NCBI GenBank assembly: GCA_965198115.1
Contig: OZ240241.1
Span: 3,232,001 to 3,296,000 of the forward strand
Direction of reading: 5' to 3'
Length of the DNA: 64,000 bases
Origin: Candidatus Latescibacterota bacterium
GTDB taxonomy: Bacteria; Latescibacterota; UBA2968
In this document: piece after piece, positions 19,709 through 29,283 of the stretch
Position numbering within the stretch: position 1 is the first letter of the stretch
How the letters are laid out: every line of letters starts with the position of its first letter
Notes under the pieces: generated by a model
What the model was told of the DNA's origin: nothing
What the model saw: only the letters and a program-made list of their open reading frames with translations
Databases searched by the model: none
Translations under genes and position numbers: made by a program

Positions 19709-20894
19709 GTGCGTATCGCCCACATTTCCGACTTTCATCTGCGACACCACCTGCCAGGTAACTCGCTGAACGGCAAGCGCCGCGGCCGTCTGATGGCCGA
19801 TCTCCTGGCTGAAGCGACGGATGAGATCAACGGGCTGGCAGCCGATCTGCTCGCGGTAACGGGGGATCTGATCGACTACCCTCTCTACGGGCTGGACGAC
19901 CCCGACCTCGGGGCGCGCGGGCTTGAAGAGATGAGACTCGTCAAGGAGATCCTCGACCGAGTCACCTGTCCCGTTGCCTGTCTCTACGGAAACCACGATC
20001 ATCCCGCGCAGTTTCGCGACCTCTTCAGCGAACAGCCGCTCGAACGCGACATCGACGGGTATCGCGTCATCACATTCCTCGATGACGAAGGCGAAGCCCA
20101 TCACCCGGAGCGCATAGACGACGAACGGAAGCGCTTCGACCAGGTCCTGAAGGACTCTGACGAACGCCCTCAGATTCACCTCCAGCACTATCAGGTCTGG
20201 CCGCATCACACGACCGGTTACCCGCACAGCTATCGTGACGCGCCGTCGCTCAAAAATGCGATCGTCCAAATCCGGTCGAGTCCGTCTCGTCCTGAGCGGC
20301 CACTATCACGGGGGCTACAACCTGTTCGAGGAAGAAGGCGTCGCATTCTCGACGGCCACGGCCTTCTGTGAGTTCCCCCACGCCTACCGCACGTACGATG
20401 TGGACGAAACCGGAATCGCCGAACGGGTCTACACCCTCGCCGACCGAATGACGCGCAAGCCGGCCATCCTCCTCGACCACGACGGGCTCCTCGACCCTCT
20501 GGCCGAATCACGCGCGGCCATCGGAGCCCTGAAGCGTCTCTCCGAAGCGGGCTACCTTCTGGTGGGAATCATTCGCCAACGATTGGGAACCACGCAAACC
20601 GTTCGAGAACTCGAAACCGGAAGCGACGGCCTTTTCGACAAGCTCAAGGATCAAGGGGTCGAAGTGAATGGCCTCATCACCCGGTTCGCGAAAGAGGAGG
20701 ATCCGAACACCCTCCTCGCGGGGTGTGAGCATCTGCTCGTCAGCCTTGCACACTCCACCCTCTTCACGGTTCTCGAAGACGAGGAAGCGGCCGGGCGCGA
20801 AGCCGGCATCGGAAAAGTCTACAGACTCGATCCAACCAACTCTGTCGAAGCATTCTGCGAGCACGCACGGGCCATCTGTGGAGCGGCCTCGTGA
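19709..20894 (+). CDS. Metallophosphoesterase fused to degenerate HAD (GmhB-like) domain; apparent +1 frameshift ~20266
   Basis: HISDFH, TGDL, GNHD, then SGHYH in the next frame, then AILLDHDG. Confidence 0.75.
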
Positions 20895-21502
20895 ACGGGC
20901 GGGTCACAGACACGTTGATACCGCTCGGGCTCGTCATCGGGCTACACGCCGCGGCGATCGGCGTCATCACACGCGGCTACCTCGGCGATTTTCACACGGA
21001 CGTGCGATTCCCGGCAGAGGAGACGATCGATCGAGCGGGCGAGGTGGAAACGATCCTCCATCACGCGCTCCAAACCGATGTCCACCAGGCGCTCGCGTCG
21101 GTTCTGGCGGCATCACACAATGAGCGTTTGCTTCGCCGATCGGTTCGACGCGTGGCTTACCTGATCCTCTCGAACACCGTGCTCACGCGATCGGGAGCCG
21201 CGACTACATTCGCCGCAAGAGCTCCCGTCCGCTTCGCAAGCGGTCAGACCTCCAAAGGGTTCGAAGCGGCATCACGCAGGTTGTTCGGGCTCCCTTCCAG
21301 CCGTCTCTCCATCGGCGAATTGGCCCTCTTGTGCCGCACGGCCGTCACCGGTCATCTACCCCCGGCCCCCGACGAGGCACTACGTGTTCGCAATCGCCTG
21401 ATCGATCGACTCGAGTCACGCGGCGTGCTCTCGAGAGCCGATGTCGATCGCGAACACGCCCGTCCCCTTACCCTCGCCCCCGACCCGAGCCCGATCTACT
21501 GA
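20891..21502 (+). CDS. Membrane-anchored degenerate transglycosylase-like protein
   Basis: GFEAASRRLFG..SRLSIGELALL and ALRVRNRLI resemble GT51 C-terminal motifs; no EDxxF. Confidence 0.55.
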   Translation: MNGRVTDTLIPLGLVIGLHAAAIGVITRGYLGDFHTDVRFPAEETIDRAGEVETILHHALQTDVHQALASVLAASHNERLLRRSVRRVAYLILSNTVLTRSGAATTFAARAPVRFASGQTSKGFEAASRRLFGLPSSRLSIGELALLCRTAVTGHLPPAPDEALRVRNRLIDRLESRGVLSRADVDREHARPLTLAPDPSPIY

Positions 21503-21585
21503 CGCCGTGCGTGTGCTCAGTACAGGGGCGAGCGCAACACATTGTTTTCACAAGGCTTAAATGCATTCGATCGCCCTTGGGCGAC

Positions 21586-22098
21586 CTACAGCTTCTTGTA
21601 ATAGGTCACATCCTCCCGTCGGATATCGAATCCCGCCTTCTCGTAGGCTCGCCTGGCCGGCGCGTGCCCTTCGTCCAGCCCCGTCTGGACGCTCGCGTAC
21701 TTGAGCCCTTCTCGCCGGAACAGATCGAGCACGACACCATACATCGCCGAACCCACACCCGACCCCTGAGTGCGGGGGTCGACGGCATTGTTTCCGATCG
21801 TGCCGAGAAAACGGTCCCGGTCGATTCGAAACGTGATGAAACCCACGATGCCGTCGTTGTCGTGCTCGACCACGAGCATCCACGCTGGATTGTGGACAAA
21901 ATGGGAGCGAATCTGATCCGCCTTCCGGTCTTTCCACGTGGGACTCAGATCGTCGTGCATCTCCTTGCCCATAATATTCGTAAAGCTGTCGTGGATACGC
22001 TCCCAGGCCTGCTTCGCAATATCACAGGCTGCATCGACGTCCGTCTCGTCCGCCTGCCGTATTGTATAGCCCTTCATCAGTTCGACCGAACGAAACAT
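21586..22098 (-). CDS. GNAT N-acetyltransferase
   Basis: AVDPRTQGSGVG, ARRAYEKAGF. Confidence 0.88.
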   Translation of the reverse strand: MFRSVELMKGYTIRQADETDVDAACDIAKQAWERIHDSFTNIMGKEMHDDLSPTWKDRKADQIRSHFVHNPAWMLVVEHDNDGIVGFITFRIDRDRFLGTIGNNAVDPRTQGSGVGSAMYGVVLDLFRREGLKYASVQTGLDEGHAPARRAYEKAGFDIRREDVTYYKKL

Positions 22099-22262
22099 CG
22101 TAGTCCCTTCGCAATTGACTTCGCGCGCGGCCGCTCTATTTTGAAGCTCGTTAGAGACGCGGTTCCACGTGACTGGCAAACACACAGTCCGCGCTCGACC
22201 CGCATCGTGTTCACTTCGCGTCTTCGTGCCTTCGTGTTCCCAACTCTGTATCGAGGCTATCT

Positions 22263-23027
22263 ATGAAACTAGGTTTCGTGACCTACCAAATCGGCAAGGA
22301 TATGGACGTCCCCACGATCATCGACGTCTGCCAGAAGACGGGTTTCCAGGGCGTTGAACTCCGAACGACGCACGCCCACGGCGTCGAATCCACACTCTCT
22401 GCCGAGGAACGACAAAAGGTGCGCAAGCAATTCGAAGACGGGGGCGTCGAAATCGCGGGGATCGGATCCGCCTTCGAGTACCACGCACTCGAAGAAGATT
22501 TGGTGAAAGAGAATATCGCGGGCACGATCGAATCGGCAAAGCTCGCCGCCGACCTCGGCTGCCCGGGCGTGAAGGTCAGACCGAACGGGCTACAGGTCGA
22601 CAACGGGGTACCCGAGGAGAAGACGCTCGAGCAGATCGGTCTCTCGATCCGCGAATGCGGGCAGGCGGCCGCAGACCTGGGTGTCGCCATTCGTGTTGAG
22701 GTCCACGGTCGTGAGACCAGCCGCCCGGACCGAATGCGGGCCATTATGGATCACGCCGACCACGACAACGTTCACATCTGCTGGAACTCCAACTTCAACG
22801 AAGTCGTCGACGGCACGATCGATGAAGCCTGGAATCTCCTCGGCCACCTGATCGGCCTCGTCCACATCACCGAGCTCTGGAAACCGGAGTATCCCTGGGC
22901 CGACTTATTCGCCCGCCTCGCGGCATCGGGCTACGAAGGATACACGCTCGCCGAGATCCCCCCCAACGACGACCCTGAGCGGGTCCTTCATTATTACAAG
23001 GCGCTATGGGACGCCTATCAACCTTAG
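22263..23027 (+). CDS. Sugar phosphate isomerase/epimerase (xylose-isomerase-like TIM barrel)
   Basis: GFQGVELR, VEVHG, LVHI, GYEGYTLAE. Confidence 0.88.
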   Translation: MKLGFVTYQIGKDMDVPTIIDVCQKTGFQGVELRTTHAHGVESTLSAEERQKVRKQFEDGGVEIAGIGSAFEYHALEEDLVKENIAGTIESAKLAADLGCPGVKVRPNGLQVDNGVPEEKTLEQIGLSIRECGQAAADLGVAIRVEVHGRETSRPDRMRAIMDHADHDNVHICWNSNFNEVVDGTIDEAWNLLGHLIGLVHITELWKPEYPWADLFARLAASGYEGYTLAEIPPNDDPERVLHYYKALWDAYQP

Positions 23028-23101
23028 AGCCGATTGGGAAATCAGGGTCATAGGAAATTGATTAATTCCACATTTCCTATCCGCATAGTGCGCTGCTCTT
23101 A

Positions 23102-24394
23102 GGGTTCGGAATAAATAAACGGTCGATCTCAATGTTGAGCCATTGGCCGGATCGTGTAGTTCCAGTCGCCGTGGAAATCGTGCGGAGTGAGATCGATTTG
23201 GGTCATCTGTTCATCGGTCACCTTGACCCCGTTAGGGTAGGGTCGCTTGTCGATCTCGGAGCGTACTCGGAGACCGGCTTGAGTGGTCGTTCCGGCAATG
23301 AGATTCACGGTTGCAGCCAGGCTGACCAGGGGCTTGCCTCGCCAGTTCATAGCGATGAAGGAGAACAGGCGATGTTCGATCTTGTTCCACTTACTAGTGC
23401 CAGGAGGGTAGTGGCATACGGTGATCGTCAGGCCAGTGCGATTCGCAAAGCGCTGCAGCTCCCACTTCCACAGCCGCGTCTTGGCGCCGTTGCTGCCGCC
23501 TGCGTCCGCCGTGATTAGCAGATGCGTCGAAGTGCCGTAGGCGGGCCGTCCCATGTTCTTCCACCAACTTCGGATCGCATTCACGGCGAAGCTGGCCGTG
23601 TCGTGATCGATACCGACACTTACCCAGCCTTCATCACGGCTCAGATCATACACTCCATAAGGGATCGCCTTGCCCTGAGCAGGCACTATGAAATCGTGTA
23701 CCTTCACACGCTCCGGGTCTCCCTTGGGTCGCCATTCTCGGCCAGGATTCTTGAAGTCGCCGATCAACTCTTTCTTCTTGGTGTCCACCGAGATAACGGG
23801 AAGGCCCTGCTGCTGCTGCTGGCTAATCCGATCATCGAGGTAAACGAACTGAGCGTCCCGATCCGGGTGTGCAGATCCCTCCCTTGTCTTCCGATTCGCC
23901 TGCAGCGTGTAATCGTGTTCGTGCAGGAGATTGGCAACGATCCTGGGGCTCACCGAATGCCCCATCGCTTGCAACTCGGCGGCCAGTTTGCGAGTGCTCT
24001 TCGATGTCCATCTCAGAGGATTGTCGTCAGGCGACCCCGCAGTCGTTGGCTCGACCAGATCATTCAGGTCCTGCCACAGCGTCGGGTCCGTGTCGGCCTT
24101 CCGCTTACGACCGCCGCCTGGACGCCGGATGCGAGCCGGGTCCAAAGGTTCGTCCGACCTCAACTCCTGAATGCCACGAAAGATCCGCTCTCTGGACATT
24201 CCTGTCGCCAGAGCCACAATCGCGATCCCACCGTGACCCAACGCTTCGGCTTCCGTGGCGGCCCACAGACGACGCGTGCGTTCCGTCAGCACCGGAGCCA
24301 AGGCTTCATACTTCGTTCGGAGAGTTTCGACGTCCACACTCCGAGCGTAAGATCATTACCTTGAAAAGTGCAGCACTTATTTCGTGGCAAACCC
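23102..24394 (-). mobile_element. ISAzo13-family IS, copy 1 (intact transposase 23129-24337)
   Basis: ISVDTKKKE, ITADAGGSNG, PPGTSKWNKIEHRLF; ends GGGTTCGGAATAAATAA/GGGTTTGCCACGAAATAA; TTA duplication. Confidence 0.93.
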
Positions 24395-24567
24395 TTAGTC
24401 ACTCTCCAACGAATTCATCAGGCAACCCGGCAGGCCACCTCTCGATCCGAGGGTTGTAAATCGGCTACCATCATACACGGACACGCCACCGGTGCGTTTG
24501 CCGAACCAAAGGTAGGCCTTAGTGCTTTCCGTGGTGGCAAAAACCGTAGTGTCCGAGAGTGGACTGA

Positions 24568-25317
24568 ATGGCTAAACGAAAGAAAGGGACCAAGCGGCGA
24601 CTCGCCGATCTCTACATCGTGGGGATCGGCATTCACGGACGTCGTCACCTTACCTGGGAAGCTGAGAACGCACTCCGCGAAAGCCGCATTGTTCTGGATG
24701 AGACCGGTCAGATTGAGATGACGAAGGAACTCAATCCCAACACAGTCGATATGGCACCTCTCTATTGGACGGGTGAAGAGAGAGAGGTCGTCTACGAGCG
24801 ACTCGTAAAGAGAGCGCTTGACGAAATTGAGATCGGGCCGGGTGTCGCAGTGGTCACCTATGGGCACCCGCTCTTTTTCGACGATATCAACCACCAGCTA
24901 CTTCGACGCTGTCGAAGACGCAAGCTTGACTGTGTCATCGTCCCGGGTATTTCGTGCCTGGATACACTGAGCGTCGATCTCGAGATCGACTACGGCGATG
25001 GCCTACAGGTTTACGAAGCGACGGACCTCGTAGATAACGGTTATCCACTCAACCCCCACGTGCACACACTCATCCTTCAGCTGGGGGAATTCAATCACTC
25101 AGAGACGTCCGATACCCTGGACCCGGCTCCGGGACGTTTGAAAAAATTGGTCGCTTTTCTTCGCAAGACCTATCGGAGAGACCAGAAAGTGGTGATCTGC
25201 TACAGCAATGACGGCTCGGAGGGCTTGTTCCTGAAGACCAGGCTCCATCGGCTGGACAGCCATTGGAGAAAGATCTTCCCGGGGACGACTCTGTATGTCC
25301 CACCTGCGGAGATTTGA
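24568..25317 (+). CDS. Borosin-type SAM-dependent peptide alpha-N-methyltransferase (tetrapyrrole methylase fold)
   Basis: VGIGI, YWTGEEREVVY (Y-x5-R-x3-Y), YGHP, PGISCLD.L..DL.ID, YEATD, TTLYVPP match OphMA/SonM motifs as recalled. Confidence 0.8.
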   Translation: MAKRKKGTKRRLADLYIVGIGIHGRRHLTWEAENALRESRIVLDETGQIEMTKELNPNTVDMAPLYWTGEEREVVYERLVKRALDEIEIGPGVAVVTYGHPLFFDDINHQLLRRCRRRKLDCVIVPGISCLDTLSVDLEIDYGDGLQVYEATDLVDNGYPLNPHVHTLILQLGEFNHSETSDTLDPAPGRLKKLVAFLRKTYRRDQKVVICYSNDGSEGLFLKTRLHRLDSHWRKIFPGTTLYVPPAEI

Positions 25318-25386
25318 ACCACCCTTGGGTCTGGCCAAATCCCGCCACACGCCTCAGACGTCAGCAACCCACAATCTTCCCGGGTC

Positions 25387-25784
25387 ATGAAAACGCGTTC
25401 GACTCTCAGCCTGCTCGGCCTCCCACTCATCTTCCTTGCTTCCACATACGCCCCCCTCGATCTGACGCAAGCCGATCGCATCCTCGTCGCCGTTGCCCTC
25501 ACCGCCGCGATGCTGTGGACGCTCGAACCGGCGACGACCCGGGCGCCTGGGGGTCGCAGAACGAGCAGGACACGCGCCCCCTCGCTCCGTTCGCCGAAAT
25601 CCCGATGGTCGAGCCCGATCAGCTGGCCGAGCTCTGGAAACCGGAGTATCCCTGGGCCGACTTATTCGCCCGCCTCGCGGCATCGGGCTACGAAGGAGAC
25701 ACCCTCGCCGAGATCCCCCCTAACGACGATCCCGAGCGGGTCCTGCACTACTACAAGGCGCTCTGGAACGCGTATCAACCGTAG
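25387..25784 (+). pseudogene. Mosaic of duplicated fragments of three neighbouring genes
   Basis: 25387-25531 ~ 32101-32245; 25530-25617 ~ 33846-33933; 25627-25784 ~ 22870-23027. Confidence 0.92.
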
Positions 25785-25822
25785 ACATCGGGGAATGGGG
25801 GAATGACATAGAACCATCCACC

Positions 25823-26341
25823 CTATGATTCCGCCATTCCTCGATGCTCTGCTTCCTCTTCTACTGACGGGCCGGCGTTCGCCTCGGGCGTCTCCGCCAT
25901 AACAGTGTCGGAGACCTGAGTCTGTAGATCACCCATTGCCGGTGAGGGCGTGAGATCCGGAACGCCGGGCACGACTCGACGTATTTCCTCCATCAACCGC
26001 AGTGGTTCGAAGGGTTTCGCCAGGATCCCACGGACGCCCAATCCCAAGAGTTGTTTGGCCACCACATCCGAGACGAATCCGGACACCACAATGATCGGCA
26101 GCATCAGTCGCCTTCGCTGAAGTGCTTCCAACAGATCGATACCGCTCGGCCCAATCATATGGATGTCGAGCAGCATCAACCCGACCTCCTCTTTCTCGAG
26201 CACGTCGATAGCCTTCACCGCGCTCGGCGCTTGTAGTGGATGATATCCAGCTGCACGCAGAATCTTCGACAAAAGTGTACGAACCTGACGGTCATCGTCT
26301 ACGATCAAGATTCGTCGTTGGCTCTCCGTGTATCTGGGCAT
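25823..26341 (-). CDS. Single-domain response regulator with acidic tail
   Basis: ILIVDDD, LLDIHM, VVSG, AKPF. Confidence 0.9.
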   Translation of the reverse strand: MPRYTESQRRILIVDDDRQVRTLLSKILRAAGYHPLQAPSAVKAIDVLEKEEVGLMLLDIHMIGPSGIDLLEALQRRRLMLPIIVVSGFVSDVVAKQLLGLGVRGILAKPFEPLRLMEEIRRVVPGVPDLTPSPAMGDLQTQVSDTVMAETPEANAGPSVEEEAEHRGMAES

Positions 26342-26370
26342 TTTGTGGCTCCTCTCTCTGACGGGTCAAC

Positions 26371-27639
26371 TCAGGCTCCAAGTTCCGACAGAAAGGCATC
26401 CGCCTTTTCGAGATCCTGCCTGGCAGTCTGGATGATGCCATCCAGGAACCTGCCACCGAGGGCAAAGCGTTTAACCACGGACTCGTCAATCTCCGACACC
26501 AGGTCTTCCTGCTTCTCCTCGACACTTAATCGATGGCACAGCACGTCCGCGAGGTGGATTAAACACACCATTCGTTGGTATCGACAGGTTCGCCAAGGCT
26601 CGTGGTGGAACAGGATGGCGTCCTGAACCGCTTCAGGGAGTTTCCATTCCCCGGCCAGGTGCCCACCCACGTCGGAATGAGTTAAACCCAGCACATCGGA
26701 TTCGTGTCTGGCGATCGTTCTTCGGTCGTCACCAACCTTCTCGAGAACCGGTTTGTAGTAGTATCCAAAGTATTGACCCAGAACGATCTGGCCGATGTCG
26801 TGGAGCATCCCGGCCAGGTAAGCCGACTCGCTCTCCATCTGAAGAAGCTTAGCGAGACTTCGAGCCACAAACGCTGTTCCAACCGAGTGCCTCCAGAACT
26901 CGCTGGCGTCAAAGGACGTCCCACTGTCGCTCTTGCCCAGACCTTCGATCACCTGAATCGACGCGACCAGGTTGGCGATTTCCTGCAAGCCGAGTAGAGT
27001 CACTGCGAGTTTGAGTGAGTCGATTCGGTTTCGAAAACCGAAGCAGGTGGAGTTGGCCAGTTTGAAGACCGTCGCAAGAAGACCTGGGTCCAGCTGAATG
27101 CGTTCGGCGATCTCGTCGCAGGACGCACCCTGTCGGGACAGTGACGTGATATCCACATAGGTGGATGGGAGCGTCGGCAATCCTTCGATCTCGCGTACAC
27201 GCTGAATCACGCTCGCCTCGATGTCATCCTTGGTCGCGATGGCACCGGACGTCAACACGCTGTGGACCCTCTCCTGCAATACCTCCTGCCCAAAGGGCTT
27301 GGCGAGGTAGGACTGTGCGCCTGCGTTCCGTGCCTTGACCACGCCTTCCTCCGATGGCTTGGCCGCTGTCAGAATCACAGGAATGTCGTTGTACTTCGGG
27401 CTGAGACCCACGAGTTCCGTCAACCGGAGACCATCGCCCGGAACGTCGATGTCGGCGATGATCGCGTGAGGGGGAGTCTGCCGAAGTCGATCCACCGCCG
27501 TGAGTGTATCCGTCGCTACATCTGGCACGTAGGTCTCCGATAGCATATCGGAGATCACCTGGCCGAAGCGGGGTCGGTCGACGACCAGGATCCGTTTCTT
27601 GTCGAACGTGCGCTGGGTTCGAGATCCAATTGCGACCAT
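26371..27639 (-). CDS. Receiver-HDOD domain signalling protein
   Basis: N-terminal REC (YLAKPF); LPTLP, DPGL..LANS, FWRHS, GMLHDIG, HSDVG..W.LP. Confidence 0.9.
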   Translation of the reverse strand: MVAIGSRTQRTFDKKRILVVDRPRFGQVISDMLSETYVPDVATDTLTAVDRLRQTPPHAIIADIDVPGDGLRLTELVGLSPKYNDIPVILTAAKPSEEGVVKARNAGAQSYLAKPFGQEVLQERVHSVLTSGAIATKDDIEASVIQRVREIEGLPTLPSTYVDITSLSRQGASCDEIAERIQLDPGLLATVFKLANSTCFGFRNRIDSLKLAVTLLGLQEIANLVASIQVIEGLGKSDSGTSFDASEFWRHSVGTAFVARSLAKLLQMESESAYLAGMLHDIGQIVLGQYFGYYYKPVLEKVGDDRRTIARHESDVLGLTHSDVGGHLAGEWKLPEAVQDAILFHHEPWRTCRYQRMVCLIHLADVLCHRLSVEEKQEDLVSEIDESVVKRFALGGRFLDGIIQTARQDLEKADAFLSELGA

Positions 27640-27989
27640 ACGATCACTCCACACCGGAACACGTCTTGAAAGGATTCGGGAAATCTGGGGGAAGGCTGAT
27701 GAACAGCAGTCGAACTGCGGAGGTGTGTTTGCAACTCGTGTGCCTGTGACAACAACGGGACACAAGCCGAGCAACGAGAGGGGGTTACTGCGATTGGTCG
27801 CTGAGATGGATCAGGCGTGTAGAATCAGAATCTGGTTCACTCCGATAGATCGATTTGTGACAGGCATCCAGAGCCTTATGAGGCGCGGTTTCCGGTTCAG
27901 CGGACTGGAACGAAATGATCCTGACCTATTGGAAAAGAGGCATTCGAGGATGTCATTCGGAAAGAATCTTGACCACTTACCGGCACTAA

Positions 27990-29280
27990 GGGTTTGCCAC
28001 GAAATAAGTGCTGCACTTTTCAAGGTAATGATCTTACGCTCGGAGTGTGGACGTCGAAACTCTCCGAACGAAGTATGAAGCCTTGGCTCCGGTGCTGACG
28101 GAACGCACGCGTCGTCTGTGGGCCGCCACGGAAGCCGAAGCGTTGGGTCACGGTGGGATCGCGATTGTGGCTCTGGCGACAGGAATGTCCAGAGAGCGGA
28201 TCTTTCGTGGCATTCAGGAGTTGAGGTCGGACGAACCTTTGGACCCGGCTCGCATCCGGCGTCCAGGCGGCGGTCGTAAGCGGAAGGCCGACACGGACCC
28301 GACGCTGTGGCAGGACCTGAATGATCTGGTCGAGCCAACGACTGCGGGGTCGCCTGACGACAATCCTCTGAGATGGACATCGAAGAGCACTCGCAAACTG
28401 GCCGCCGAGTTGCAAGCGATGGGGCATTCGGTGAGCCCCAGGATCGTTGCCAATCTCCTGCACGAACACGATTACACGCTGCAGGCGAATCGGAAGACAA
28501 GGGAGGGATCTGCACACCCGGATCGGGACGCTCAGTTCGTTTACCTCGATGATCGGATTAGCCAGCAGCAGCAGCAGGGCCTTCCCGTTATCTCGGTGGA
28601 CACCAAGAAGAAAGAGTTGATCGGCGACTTCAAGAATCCTGGCCGAGAATGGCGACCCAAGGGAGACCCGGAGCGTGTGAAGGTACACGATTTCATAGTG
28701 CCTGCTCAGGGCAAGGCGATCCCTTATGGAGTGTATGATCTGAGCCGTGATGAAGGCTGGGTAAGTGTCGGTATCGATCACGACACGGCCAGCTTCGCCG
28801 TGAATGCGATCCGAAGTTGGTGGAAGAACATGGGACGGCCCGCCTACGGCACTTCGACGCATCTGCTAATCACGGCGGACGCAGGCGGCAGCAACGGCGC
28901 CAAGACGCGGCTGTGGAAGTGGGAGCTGCAGCGCTTTGCGAATCGCACTGGCCTGACGATCACCGTATGCCACTACCCTCCTGGCACTAGTAAGTGGAAC
29001 AAGATCGAACATCGCCTGTTCTCCTTCATCGCTATGAACTGGCAAGGCAAGCCCCTGGTCAGCCTGGCTGCAACCGTGAATCTCATTGCCGGAACGACCA
29101 CTCAAGCCGGTCTCCGAGTACGCTCCGAGATCGACAAGCGACCCTACCCTAACGGGGTCAAGGTGACCGATGAACAGATGACCCAAATCGATCTCACTCC
29201 GCACGATTTCCACGGCGACTGGAACTACACGATCCGGCCAATGGCTCAACATTGAGATCGACCTTATTTATTCCGAACCC
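27990..29280 (+). mobile_element. ISAzo13-family IS, copy 2 (transposase 28047-29255)
   Basis: Near-identical to copy 1 (one R/Q change, 2-bp indel near the right end). Confidence 0.93.
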
Positions 29281-29283
29281 TTA

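Noticed and set aside
24410-24470. SAM-I riboswitch (GGCAACC motif) before the methyltransferase
   Set aside because: Lacks the ATC-AGAG, GAGGGA/GCCC kink-turn and GGTGC elements in the right order
22870-25784. Duplicated gene tail as a diversity-generating retroelement TR/VR pair
   Set aside because: Differences are not adenine-specific, 10 of 12 are synonymous, and no reverse transcriptase is present
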